The notes beneath the pieces are model-generated. The model had not been told where the DNA came from. It ran no database searches and saw only the letters and a program-made list of their open reading frames with translations. 54,085 nucleotides of DNA from Kiritimatiellia bacterium (GTDB taxonomy: Bacteria > Verrucomicrobiota > Kiritimatiellia > SLOV01), in contig SLOV01000087.1 of assembly GCA_007132345.1 (NCBI GenBank), positions 1-54,085 of the forward strand. Reading direction: 5' to 3'. Position numbers and translations under genes: made by a program. Below are positions 26,195 to 35,460 of this stretch, piece by piece (the first letter of the stretch is position 1; every line of letters starts with the position of its first letter).

Positions 26195-26434
26195 ATGAAA
26201 AGCATAACGCTGAAGAACATACCTCAGGCCGTCCATGTGGCCCTTAAGAATCGCGCGAAACTAAACCGAAGAAGCCTGAACAAGGAAGCGCTTGCGTGCC
26301 TGGAAACCGCCGTTTTGCCCACAAGGGTCAACACGGATGATATGCTGGCCGGGATACGACAGCACCGCGCTTCCCTTCCGGGCAGTCTGACGGATCGCCT
26401 CATCATAGAGGCGAAGACCAAGGGCCGGCCGTGA
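26195..26434 (+). CDS. vapB: Type II antitoxin, ribbon-helix-helix (Arc/VapB-like)
   Basis: 79 aa. The N-terminal ITLKNIPQAVHVALKNRAKLNRRSLNKEAL is the RHH pattern. It overlaps the PIN gene by 4 nt. Confidence 0.7.
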   Translation: MKSITLKNIPQAVHVALKNRAKLNRRSLNKEALACLETAVLPTRVNTDDMLAGIRQHRASLPGSLTDRLIIEAKTKGRP

Positions 26435-26835
26435 TCGTGGTCGATTCGAATCTGATCGCTTACTTGCTTATTCCCGGCAACAAGAGCGCATTGGCAGAGA
26501 GGATTCTGCTGAAAGATCCGGAGTGGGCTGTTCCGCTGATCTGCCGATCCGAGATGCGTAACATCCTGACGCTCTATATGCGTCATGAAGGCATGTCACT
26601 TGTGCAGGCCAATAGCACTATGGAGAAGGCCGAGGCGCTATGGCGGGACAGAGAGTATGCTGTGCCTTCCGATGCCGTGCTGAAACTCACTTCGCTTAGC
26701 TCTGTTACAGCCTATGATGCTGAATATGTCGCCCTGGCTAAACAATTGGTTGTGGGTCTGGTCACGTTTGACAGACCTTTAAGAAAAGCATTTCCTGACA
26801 TCGCGCTTGAGCCAGAAAAGTTTGCAGCTACTTGA
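26431..26835 (+). CDS. vapC: Type II toxin, PIN-domain ribonuclease VapC
   Basis: 134 aa. The N-terminal VVDSNLIAY provides the first acidic PIN residue, and YDAEYVALA provides a later one. GTG start coupled to vapB. Confidence 0.75.
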   Translation: MIVVDSNLIAYLLIPGNKSALAERILLKDPEWAVPLICRSEMRNILTLYMRHEGMSLVQANSTMEKAEALWRDREYAVPSDAVLKLTSLSSVTAYDAEYVALAKQLVVGLVTFDRPLRKAFPDIALEPEKFAAT

Positions 26836-27070
26836 TACCGAGTCGGCTGCATCGGAGCGGAACAAGCGGAGTTCGGCCAGGTTTGAATGAACAGCTTCTG
26901 CGGCATGGCGAAGTTCAGCAGGCCGTGTCCGCCGATGCGCCATATGCGGTTGCCCGAATTTCCCCGTTTGCCGGCTTCTTTGCGGTCCAGACCGAGACGC
27001 ACGACGCTTTGCAAGGAATTGGGCATTCGACCATGAGCACCTGTGCGTTTCTCGGGCGGCCATGGCTCAC

Positions 27071-27117
27071 CGTACTCGTACACCTACTCGTACACTCGAA
27101 TCTCTTCGAACGCCGCC
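27071..27117. repeat. Solo copy of the 9027-9073 repeat module (opposite orientation)
   Basis: cgtactcgtacacctactcgtacactcgaatctcttcgaacgccgcc equals the reverse complement of 9027-9073 at 45/47. Confidence 0.7.
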
Positions 27118-27291
27118 AAAGATGGCAAATGCCCACCAGGAACCCCCACCGACTCCAGTAGACCTACCTCTACAAGACCGAAATCCACGCCATACGCTGC
27201 GCTTTGTTCTCTTGCGATACCTCGCCCGTGGATGATATTCGACCGATTGACTCGTTCCGCGTAGTACGCACATTGTTTCAGGAGCAAGATC

Positions 27292-27996
27292 TTGTTGTTA
27301 TACATCGTTCGACACGGTGACCCGATATACGAACCGGACACGCTGACCGAGAAGGGCCGGATGCAGGCGGCTGCACTGGCCAAACGCCTCTCCGTGCATG
27401 GCCTCCAGAAGATCTTCACATCACCGAATGGGCGTGCCCGGGAGACGGCACAACCGACCTGCGATCTGCTCGGGCTTCCCTATACCGTGGAAGACTGGAC
27501 AAGCGAGAACCATACATGGCGAGATTTTGCCGTACCCAACCAGAACGGGTACCTGGCCTGGATTTTCGATGTGCAGAACACGAAGCTGCGAAGCGAGGAT
27601 GTCCTGCCACTCGGCGACCGGTGGTATGAGGCGGACTGCTTCAAGGCTGTCGACGGCAAGAAGGGGTATGAGCGTATTGTCGACTGCTCAGACGAATTTC
27701 TCGCGCGACTCGGTTATGTTCGAGAAGGAAACGTGTACCGCGTTTCGGCAGCGAACGACGACCGCGTGGCGGTGTTCTGCCATTGGGGATTCGGCAGCAT
27801 CTGGCTATCGCATCTGCTGGCGATATCGCCACATATCTTCTGGGCAGGGTTCTCCATCACGCACACGGGCGTGACGGTCATCGAGTTTGAGAACCATCCA
27901 GACGACTACACCGCGCCCAGGTGCCTGTGCCTCTCCGACACGGCACATCTCTATAAGGAAGAGCTTTCGCTATCCAGGCCGAGCCCCGCCCGTTAA
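27292..27996 (+). CDS. Histidine phosphatase family protein (phosphoglycerate-mutase-like)
   Basis: TTG start with GGAG 8 nt upstream. LLYIVRHGDP RHG catalytic motif. 234 aa. Confidence 0.75.
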   Translation: MLLYIVRHGDPIYEPDTLTEKGRMQAAALAKRLSVHGLQKIFTSPNGRARETAQPTCDLLGLPYTVEDWTSENHTWRDFAVPNQNGYLAWIFDVQNTKLRSEDVLPLGDRWYEADCFKAVDGKKGYERIVDCSDEFLARLGYVREGNVYRVSAANDDRVAVFCHWGFGSIWLSHLLAISPHIFWAGFSITHTGVTVIEFENHPDDYTAPRCLCLSDTAHLYKEELSLSRPSPAR

Positions 27997-28074
27997 TCAT
28001 GACTGAGTCAGGCAGTAGGCATGCACCCGGAAAGTTCTATGGTTGCCACATCACTTCCATGCTACACTGCAGCC

Positions 28075-28965
28075 ATGATTATTCACATCGACTATCACGC
28101 TGCCTACCAATACGGCGCCGAAGTTTCCCTTTCACCCCATGTCATACGCGTCTTCCCGCGCCGCGACATGTTCGTGCGGGTGCTCGATTTGCAATTCCAT
28201 TGCGGTGGCGGCGCGGATATCCAGTTCCGGCGCGACTTGTTTGACAACGAAACCGCCTACTGTTTTTTTCCCGCCGACACCAACGCCTTTGACATCGCAC
28301 TCCGCGCATCACTCGAGGTTACATCGCGCAATGCGCTGCATTTCCTGCTCGACAGTCACGGGACAAACATTCCTCCGCGCTATTCAGATACCGAACTGAT
28401 CCAACTACAGACCTATTTAACGGGGGGACCTTCGATCCATCTGCCCGCTCCGCTGGCGCCGGCAGCCGACCGGCCCACGGTGGAAACGCTGATGACCATG
28501 GTTCGATGGATGCACGAGCAGATCGTCTACGAGCGACGCGACGAAGGGCCGCCGTTGCCGCCCCGGGAATTGCTGGCGCGGATGAAAGGAACCTGTCGCG
28601 ATTTTACAGCGCTGATGCTCGAAGCCCTTCGCCAGAACGGCGTGGCGGCGCGCTTGGTGAGCGGCTTTCTATGGAAGGCTCAAGTCGAAAACGAACGCGG
28701 CGCCGATGACGACCTGCACGCATGGGTGGAAGCGTACCTGCCCGGAGCGGGCTGGATCGGACTGGACCCGACCAACGGCACCTTCTGTGATCATCATGCC
28801 ATCGCCGCCGCCGCCGGCCTGACGCCGGACGATATCGCACCTCTCAGCGGCACCTATTACGGGCACCAGCAAATTCCCAGCCGCCTGTCCACCCGTCTGA
28901 TCACCGCCCCGGATAAGTCGCAAGATCAGAAGTTGCTTTTGGGGCGGTTACCGGCGAGTGGCTGA
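28075..28965 (+). CDS. Transglutaminase-like family protein (Bact_transglu_N plus transglutaminase core)
   Basis: KGTCRDFTALM (Cys), DDLHAWVEAY (His) and GLDPTNG (Asp) form the catalytic triad pattern. I prefer ATG 28075 (MIIHIDY...). Confidence 0.75.
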   Translation: MIIHIDYHAAYQYGAEVSLSPHVIRVFPRRDMFVRVLDLQFHCGGGADIQFRRDLFDNETAYCFFPADTNAFDIALRASLEVTSRNALHFLLDSHGTNIPPRYSDTELIQLQTYLTGGPSIHLPAPLAPAADRPTVETLMTMVRWMHEQIVYERRDEGPPLPPRELLARMKGTCRDFTALMLEALRQNGVAARLVSGFLWKAQVENERGADDDLHAWVEAYLPGAGWIGLDPTNGTFCDHHAIAAAAGLTPDDIAPLSGTYYGHQQIPSRLSTRLITAPDKSQDQKLLLGRLPASG

Positions 28966-28997
28966 AGCCGACTTTCAGCGAGATATAGAGAGGTGGA

Positions 28998-29348
28998 ATG
29001 ATGAAGACCGTAACGCTTGATGTGCGTGCCGCCGACGATTCGATGGCGGACTTTGTGCAGGCTTCAAAGACGAGCACAGCCCAAAAGCCTGCGCGCATTA
29101 GTTTCACGACTCCCGAACTGCTATGGCAAGTGCTTACCGCAAAGCGATGGCAGTTGCTCAAAGCATTGTGCGGCGCTGGCCCGATTTCCATTCGCGAGAC
29201 AGCTCGACGCGCGGAACGAGATGTCAAAGCAGTGCACGGTGACGTGACCGCCTTGCTGAACGCAGGTCTTATTGAGCGCACTGACGATGGCAGGATCGTC
29301 TTCCCGTACGAAGCGGTGAAGGTCGAGTTTCTGTTGCAGGTTGCATAG
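28998..29348 (+). CDS. Small winged-HTH DNA-binding protein (COG4190-like; often annotated as a putative antitoxin or regulator)
   Basis: 116 aa. WQLLKALCGAGPISIRETARRAERDVKAVHGDVTALLNAGLIER is a wHTH pattern. Confidence 0.5.
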   Translation: MMKTVTLDVRAADDSMADFVQASKTSTAQKPARISFTTPELLWQVLTAKRWQLLKALCGAGPISIRETARRAERDVKAVHGDVTALLNAGLIERTDDGRIVFPYEAVKVEFLLQVA

Positions 29349-29417
29349 ACCTTCGCGATGCTGGTTAGATATCATCCGGCACGGAAGCCCGATCTCTGAT
29401 TTTGAGACGTTGAACCC

Positions 29418-30182
29418 ATGCACCTGACCGCCCTTCAAACCAATATCGTGTGGGAGCAGTTCGAGGAAAATGCCCTGCGCGTGCGTGGCATGCTCGAAAC
29501 GAATCCGGTCCCGCCCGGCGCGCTCGTTGTTCTGCCTGAACTGTTCGGCACCGGGTTCTCGATGCAGGCACACCTCTCAGCCGCTGAGCCGGGGGTTCAG
29601 GCGGCCCAGTTCATCGGCGAACTCGCCGCCGAGTCGCGCTGCTGGGTGGTTGGCGGGCTGGCCCGGAAGCTTGAGGACGGGACGTATGCCAATGCAGCGG
29701 TGCTGGTCGGCCCGGACGGGGCGGAGGTCGCCGATTACCGGAAACGACATCTCTTTCCCCTTGCGAATGAGGAGGGGGCCTTTGCAGCGGGGACGTCAGC
29801 TTGTGTTTGTGAACGACCGGATTTGAAGCTGTCCTTGCACATCTGTTACGACCTGCGTTTCCCGGAGGATTTTCGCGAGGCCGCGGCGCGCGGGGCGGAA
29901 CTCATGGTCGTCATCGCGAACTGGCCGGCGCAACGGCACGACCACTGGATAGCGCTCCTGACGGCGCGCGCCATCGAGAATCAGGCCTTTGTGCTTGGGG
30001 TCAATCGTTGCGGGAACGATCCGCACCAGGACTACGCGGGCGGGACACGCCTGATCGGCCCATGGGGAGAAACCGTTGCCGCGCTGGACGACCGACCCGG
30101 CATTCTCTCGGCCATACTCGATCTACAGAGGTTGCGCGCGTATCGGAGGGACTTTCCGGTGCTCAAGACCCTGCACGCTTGA
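29418..30182 (+). CDS. Carbon-nitrogen hydrolase family protein (nitrilase/omega-amidase-like)
   Basis: LPELF (Glu), a RKRHLF Lys region and ICYDLRFPE (Cys) form the catalytic triad pattern. 254 aa. Confidence 0.8.
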   Translation: MHLTALQTNIVWEQFEENALRVRGMLETNPVPPGALVVLPELFGTGFSMQAHLSAAEPGVQAAQFIGELAAESRCWVVGGLARKLEDGTYANAAVLVGPDGAEVADYRKRHLFPLANEEGAFAAGTSACVCERPDLKLSLHICYDLRFPEDFREAAARGAELMVVIANWPAQRHDHWIALLTARAIENQAFVLGVNRCGNDPHQDYAGGTRLIGPWGETVAALDDRPGILSAILDLQRLRAYRRDFPVLKTLHA

Positions 30183-30264
30183 TTCGCAAGGTTCGCCTTG
30201 TTCCCCCTGCCGCCCTTGGGTAGGCTGGCGACCGTGAGCAGAGTACTTGCAAGGAGATTCACCC

Positions 30265-31623
30265 ATGAGTTCTACGACTTCGAACGATTGCCCCATCCGG
30301 CAGATCATTAAACGCGACGGCAATACCGTCGAATATGACCGGGACCGCATTGCCACGGCAATTTTCAAGGCGGCGGCCGCCGTCGGCGGTTCGGACCGCG
30401 ACATCGCCGAGGAACTGGCGCAGAGCGTGGAGCGCATGCTGGTCGCCACCTATCATCCGAAATCGATCCCCACGGTTGAGGACATTCAGGACATCGTCGA
30501 AAAGGTGCTCGTGGAGGAGGGCCATGCCAGAACGTCGCGGGCATACATCATCTATCGCCACGAACGGGCCAAGGCGCGCCAGAGCCGGGAGAAGATCGTC
30601 GAGGCCACCGATAACATCCCGTACAAGAAGATCTACGAAGTACTCCGCTGGAACATGGCGCACGGCTGCGACACGGTCGAGGGGCTGAACCGCATCATCG
30701 CCAAGGGAAGGCTTCCCGAACTGATCGCCGCCTGCGAAGAACGCTATTCCGCCGAAGTGGCGCAAGGCGCCGAGGCCATGATCGAGCGCATGCCCGACAT
30801 CCGCATGGTGATCATTGCCGGCCCCTCCTCCTCGAGCAAAACCACCACCACCATCAAGGCAAGCGAGCGCCTGGCCGAGGCCGGGATGAAGCTCCGCACC
30901 TTGAATGTGGATCATTACTTTTTCGACCTCGAAATGCACCCGAAAGACGAGTTCGGGGATTACGATTACGAAACGCCGCAGGCGCTCGACCTGGCGCTGA
31001 TCAACGAACATCTCGAAGCGCTGCTGGCCGGGAAGACGATCCGCACGCCTAACTACGACTTCAAGACCGGCACGCGCCAGCTCGACGTGCACGAGATGAG
31101 CCTTGCGAAGGACGAACTCCTGCTGATCGACAGCCTGCACGGGCTCTACGACGATATGACCCGCAGCATCCCGCGCGAGAAGAAGTTCCGGCTCTACATC
31201 GAGACCCTCGGCCAGGTGCGCAACGAGCAGGGCCAGTTCATGCGCTGGGCGGACAACCGCCTCCTACGCCGTATGATCCGCGACAGTTGGCACCGCAACC
31301 TCCAGCCGATGCAGACCCTCACCCACTGGCACTACGTGCGGCGCAGCGAGCTGCAGAACATCATTCCGTTCATTGGCACGGTCGACTATCTCGTGAACAG
31401 CGCCCTGCCCTACGAACTGCCGATCCTGAAACACAAGCTGTTCCACTATTTCCCCGCCGCGATGGAGGAGTTGAAGAACGAACCGAAACGGCAGGATGCC
31501 TACATTCGCGCCAAGCGCGTCTTCGAAATGCTGGAGTCGCTGACTCCGGTCGAGGACGACAGCATCGTGCCGGCCCGTTCGCTGCTGCGCGAATTTATCG
31601 GCGGTAGCGAATACAGCTATTAA
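30265..31623 (+). CDS. ATP-cone domain fused to a uridine-kinase/PRK-family P-loop nucleoside kinase
   Basis: AGGAG 8 nt upstream of ATG 30265. The N-terminal IIKRDGNTVEYDRDRIATAI is ATP-cone-like. GPSSSSKTTT P-loop, and a Udk-like NYDFKTGTR...LLIDSLHGL...RRMIRD. Confidence 0.65.
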   Translation: MSSTTSNDCPIRQIIKRDGNTVEYDRDRIATAIFKAAAAVGGSDRDIAEELAQSVERMLVATYHPKSIPTVEDIQDIVEKVLVEEGHARTSRAYIIYRHERAKARQSREKIVEATDNIPYKKIYEVLRWNMAHGCDTVEGLNRIIAKGRLPELIAACEERYSAEVAQGAEAMIERMPDIRMVIIAGPSSSSKTTTTIKASERLAEAGMKLRTLNVDHYFFDLEMHPKDEFGDYDYETPQALDLALINEHLEALLAGKTIRTPNYDFKTGTRQLDVHEMSLAKDELLLIDSLHGLYDDMTRSIPREKKFRLYIETLGQVRNEQGQFMRWADNRLLRRMIRDSWHRNLQPMQTLTHWHYVRRSELQNIIPFIGTVDYLVNSALPYELPILKHKLFHYFPAAMEELKNEPKRQDAYIRAKRVFEMLESLTPVEDDSIVPARSLLREFIGGSEYSY

Positions 31624-32429
31624 GGATGGCCCGGTAGCCGGTATCGGTTCGGATCCGCTTCGACCTCGCGCGGGATCGTGCGCCGCACCTCCCAGAGCAG
31701 GCGCCCATCGCGAACGTCCCGTTCCTCGACAACAAAGCCCGGGCTCGTTTCGCGCTCGCCGGGAGCGAGCATCGGGTCCTCTTCGCCGGCCAACACCGAC
31801 ATCCAGGCGTTCTCCATCGCGTCGAGCAGATCCAGAAGGCCGGGATCGAGGGGCAAGGCCTCTTCGTCCAGCAGCAGGATTTCCCGCCGACCGGCCTCCG
31901 TCTCGCTCTCGCGCACAAAATGGCGTAGTTGAAAGCCAAACCGCTCCTGCGTCTTTTCCTCTTCTTCCCATTGATCAAAGTCCGCAACGCGGCCCAGGCC
32001 GGGGCTCCAGGGCAGGACGCCACGCATGGTGTCGCGCAAGGCCCGGCGCAATTCGATGGCTTCAGCGCGCAGCGGTGCAGCCGTCTCTTCGGGCAGATGA
32101 CGGAGCACGCGTGCCAGCCGCTCCATGCTTTCGCGCAACTGCACGAAACGCGCGCCGGCGGCCAGCTCGGAGAGATCGGAGACACGGCCCGTCTCCCGAT
32201 CCAGCAAACGTAATTCACCGGCGTCCGCGGAGAAGACGAGGGTGCGCGGCCCTTCCTCTTCGACCCGCACGCCTGTTTTCCCAACCGTCAGTGCAAACCG
32301 ATTGGTGAACGTGCCTTCCGGGCTCGTAAAGCGCACTTGCTCTTCGTAGGCAATATCCGAACGTGCCGCGGGGAGAATAGCGAACAGCCACAAGATGGGG
32401 AGAATACCATAGAGCCTGAAGCGGGGCAT
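31620..32429 (-). CDS. Hypothetical secreted protein
   Basis: 269-aa ORF with an N-terminal signal-like segment (ILPILWLFAILPAARS). No recognisable motif. Confidence 0.5.
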   Translation of the reverse strand: MPRFRLYGILPILWLFAILPAARSDIAYEEQVRFTSPEGTFTNRFALTVGKTGVRVEEEGPRTLVFSADAGELRLLDRETGRVSDLSELAAGARFVQLRESMERLARVLRHLPEETAAPLRAEAIELRRALRDTMRGVLPWSPGLGRVADFDQWEEEEKTQERFGFQLRHFVRESETEAGRREILLLDEEALPLDPGLLDLLDAMENAWMSVLAGEEDPMLAPGERETSPGFVVEERDVRDGRLLWEVRRTIPREVEADPNRYRLPGHP

Positions 32430-32436
32430 TTCTGTC

Positions 32437-33789
32437 TCAGAGCGTGGAAGAGCCAGGTGACTGCGGGTGGATCAATTCGCCAGTGCCGTGCATGCGGCCA
32501 GCCCGCCACTGCCCCACATAGCGCCAACCATCGGGAAACGTGAAGACGCCAAAGCCGTCCATTCGGCCATCCGCCCATTCGCCGTCATACACGCTGCCAT
32601 CAGGAAAACGGAGGACACCGCTTCCGCTGATGCGCCCGTCGCGCCAGTCGCCCGTAAAACTCCAGCCATCGGCATAGCTCAGGGTTCCCACGCCGTCCAT
32701 CTTCCCGCTCCGCCACTGGCCACTATAACGCCAGCCGCCGGGGTCAGGCGTTGCGGCGAATCCCGGCGCTTCGGCAGGCAGTCCTACATCGATGCGCGTG
32801 GCGCGGAGCAGGCTGTCCAACTCGACACGAATCTGGTCAATCCGTTCGTCCCTGGGATCGGTGGACGGGTCGCGAGGTTGCGGCGGTTCCGGCGGAGGCG
32901 CCTCAACCTGTTCCGGCGCGGCGGCCTCGGCGGGTTGGCTGATTTCCGTCAACCGTCCTGCGAGCTGATCCAGAAGCCCCAATGGCTGCGAGGGCTCCTC
33001 CCCAGGGTCCGTCGGTTCCGCCTCGCCAACTTCGCCAACGCCAGGCGCAGTCTCTGGGGGTTCTTCATCCGGTGGCACGGCTTCCTCGATGCCGGGCACC
33101 ATCAGTTCCGACAACAGGCCCGCGGCGCGGGCTCTGGCCTCTTGCTCCGGAAGCAGGGGTTCATCTCCATCGTCACCATGCAGGGCCAGATCGTCCTCGA
33201 CATCATCCAACTCCATCGAGGCAGGCTCCGGGCGCGGCATGCGGGGCGGCGGCGCCGTTGCCGTCTGCGCAGCCCGCGGTGGGGCAACCTTGGGAACACG
33301 CGTCAGGATCGGCCTCGCGCCGACTTGTGCCGGAGCCCCGGATGGGGACGGGGCCTCACTCACGGCAGGCACCACCGCGGGCATAGGCACGACCAGCGAG
33401 GGGGTCGGCTGCGCTTCACGCACGGAGCCATCCGGCGCCACCACCGTGACCCGATGGGGGGCGACAGGTGCAGGCTCGGGTTCCGGCAGTAACTCGGGAA
33501 CGCCCTCCTCGAGTTCAATGGGCTCGACGCGCACCGGCGCCAAGGGCCGCGTGGGTTCGGGTTGCTCCACGCGCGGGGCCTCCACTGCCGGGAGGTCCGC
33601 CATTTCTGGCTCCGGCACCCCCTCGGCGGCAGCTTCCGCATCAGCTTCCGGTTCTGATGCGGTCGGCTGCAACAGGCTCAAGACCCGCGAAAGGTCCCGG
33701 CCGCGCAGGGCTTCGTCCATTTCCTGCGCATGCAGAAGCCCAGCCACGCCCACAAGCAGGGCCACAATCCATGTAATCTTTTTGCTCAT
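32437..33789 (-). CDS. MORN-repeat protein with a signal/anchor and a long Pro/Glu/Ala-rich linker
   Basis: Start at ATG 33789 (MSKKITWIVALLVGVAGLLHA). The C-terminal YxGxWxxGxxxGxG MORN repeats occur about 5 times. Confidence 0.7.
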   Translation of the reverse strand: MSKKITWIVALLVGVAGLLHAQEMDEALRGRDLSRVLSLLQPTASEPEADAEAAAEGVPEPEMADLPAVEAPRVEQPEPTRPLAPVRVEPIELEEGVPELLPEPEPAPVAPHRVTVVAPDGSVREAQPTPSLVVPMPAVVPAVSEAPSPSGAPAQVGARPILTRVPKVAPPRAAQTATAPPPRMPRPEPASMELDDVEDDLALHGDDGDEPLLPEQEARARAAGLLSELMVPGIEEAVPPDEEPPETAPGVGEVGEAEPTDPGEEPSQPLGLLDQLAGRLTEISQPAEAAAPEQVEAPPPEPPQPRDPSTDPRDERIDQIRVELDSLLRATRIDVGLPAEAPGFAATPDPGGWRYSGQWRSGKMDGVGTLSYADGWSFTGDWRDGRISGSGVLRFPDGSVYDGEWADGRMDGFGVFTFPDGWRYVGQWRAGRMHGTGELIHPQSPGSSTL

Positions 33790-33961
33790 CCGCTTGATGA
33801 CTTTCTGGAACGTCTCTTCGCCGACCTTCGCACCGGGCAGAGGCGCCCGCCTGCTCTCCATCGATACTGTACGAAGGGAATACAAAGGGTGGCAAGCGCC
33901 GAAGAAAGGCGATGTTGCCAACCGATAAACGTGTTACAACCCCCGAAAAGGCAATCGACCC

Positions 33962-35455
33962 ATGCACACCTCCATTCAAACGCTGAAGGAACACGCCGAC
34001 CAGTCCGTCCGAATCCGTGGCTGGATCGCGGGGCAGCGCAGCGGGGGAAAGGTCGCTTTTCTACTCGTTCGGGACGGCACTGGAGTCTGCCAGTGCGTGG
34101 TGGAAGCCGCACAGGCGGAAGCCTTTGCAGCGGCCGCGCCGCTCGGCCTTGAGTCATCCCTGGAGCTCTCCGGTGTGGTACGCATCGACGAGCGGGCCCC
34201 CGGCGGCTGCGAGATTGCCGTGACGGAAATCGCACCCATCCAGATCGCCGAGAACTATCCCATTGCAAGGAAAGCGCACGGCGTGGATTTCCTGCTCAAC
34301 CACCGCCACCTCTGGCTGCGCACGAACCGACAAAGCCTGATCCTCCGCATTCGCCACACCCTGATTCGCGCCGCCCGCGACTATTTCGATCAGCGCGGCT
34401 TCACGCTCATCGACACCCCCATCCTGACGCCCGGCGCCGCGGAAGGAGCGGGCACCCTATTCCCCGTCGACTACTTCGGTGAGACCGTCTATCTCGCGCA
34501 AACCGGCCAGTTGTATCTCGAAAGCGCCTGCATGGCGTTGGGCAACGTCTATTGCTTCGGCCCCACGTTCCGTGCCGAGAAGTCAAAAACCCGCAGGCAC
34601 CTGCTGGAATTCTGGATGATCGAGCCGGAGATCGCTTTTGCGGACCTCGACACCCTGACCTCTCACACGGAGGGCCTCGTCTGCGCCATGATCGGGGCCG
34701 CGCTGCGCGACCACCGGGAGGACCTGATTGCGTTGGGCCGCGACCCCGCCGCCCTGGAACGCGTGCAGACCCCGTTCGCCCGCATGACATACAGCGAGGC
34801 GGTCGACCTGCTGCGCAGCGACGAAACCCATGAGGCTCTGATGCAGGGCCTGGAAGCGGACCGCGCCCGCCTCGAATCCGATGCCCAACGATTGACCGCG
34901 TTAGAAGCGGAACGTGCGGCCGCCCGCAAGGCGTGGAAGATCGACAAGCTGGACGCCGAGATTCGCGCCCTCCGCGATGCAATCCGCGACATCGAAACCG
35001 ATCTCTCCAATCGCCCCGCTCATATCGAGGCCGCGCGCACCTTTCCCTGGGGCCGCGATTTCGGAGGCGACGAAGAAACCGTCCTTGCCGGGCGCTTCGA
35101 TCGCCCGCTCTTCATCACGCACTATCCCCGCGAAGCCAAGGCCTTTTATATGAAGACTGACCCCCACGACCCGCGCGTGGTGCTCAATCTCGACCTTCTC
35201 GCGCCCGAGGGCTATGGCGAAATCGTCGGCGGCAGTGTGCGCGAAGACCAACTCGACCTGCTCCAGGCGCGCATGGCCGAAGAGGGCATGGACCCCACAC
35301 CGTACGAGTGGTATCTCGATCTGCGCCGATACGGGTCGGTGCCGCACGGCGGCTTCGGGCTCGGCATCGAACGGACCGTCGCCTGGATCTGTGGTCTCAA
35401 GCATGTCCGCGAAACCATTCCCTTCCCCCGCCTGCTGGGCCGCATGTATCCCTGA
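33962..35455 (+). CDS. asnS: Asparagine--tRNA ligase (with a coiled-coil-like insertion)
   Basis: FRAEKSKTRRHLLEFWMIEPE (class IIb motif 2 region, AsnRS-type) and GGFGLGIERTV (motif 3). 497 aa. Confidence 0.85.
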   Translation: MHTSIQTLKEHADQSVRIRGWIAGQRSGGKVAFLLVRDGTGVCQCVVEAAQAEAFAAAAPLGLESSLELSGVVRIDERAPGGCEIAVTEIAPIQIAENYPIARKAHGVDFLLNHRHLWLRTNRQSLILRIRHTLIRAARDYFDQRGFTLIDTPILTPGAAEGAGTLFPVDYFGETVYLAQTGQLYLESACMALGNVYCFGPTFRAEKSKTRRHLLEFWMIEPEIAFADLDTLTSHTEGLVCAMIGAALRDHREDLIALGRDPAALERVQTPFARMTYSEAVDLLRSDETHEALMQGLEADRARLESDAQRLTALEAERAAARKAWKIDKLDAEIRALRDAIRDIETDLSNRPAHIEAARTFPWGRDFGGDEETVLAGRFDRPLFITHYPREAKAFYMKTDPHDPRVVLNLDLLAPEGYGEIVGGSVREDQLDLLQARMAEEGMDPTPYEWYLDLRRYGSVPHGGFGLGIERTVAWICGLKHVRETIPFPRLLGRMYP

Positions 35456-35460
35456 TCGTC

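Noticed and set aside
26836-27291. Possible degraded gene or toxin remnant downstream of vapC (minus-strand ORFs 26712-27083, 26779-27063, 26915-27136)
   Set aside because: The translations show no motif I can recognise. A tentative HigB-like resemblance did not hold up on inspection. The ORFs overlap each other and the vapC 3' end. The region is left as non-coding with a repeat module and would need BLASTX to settle.
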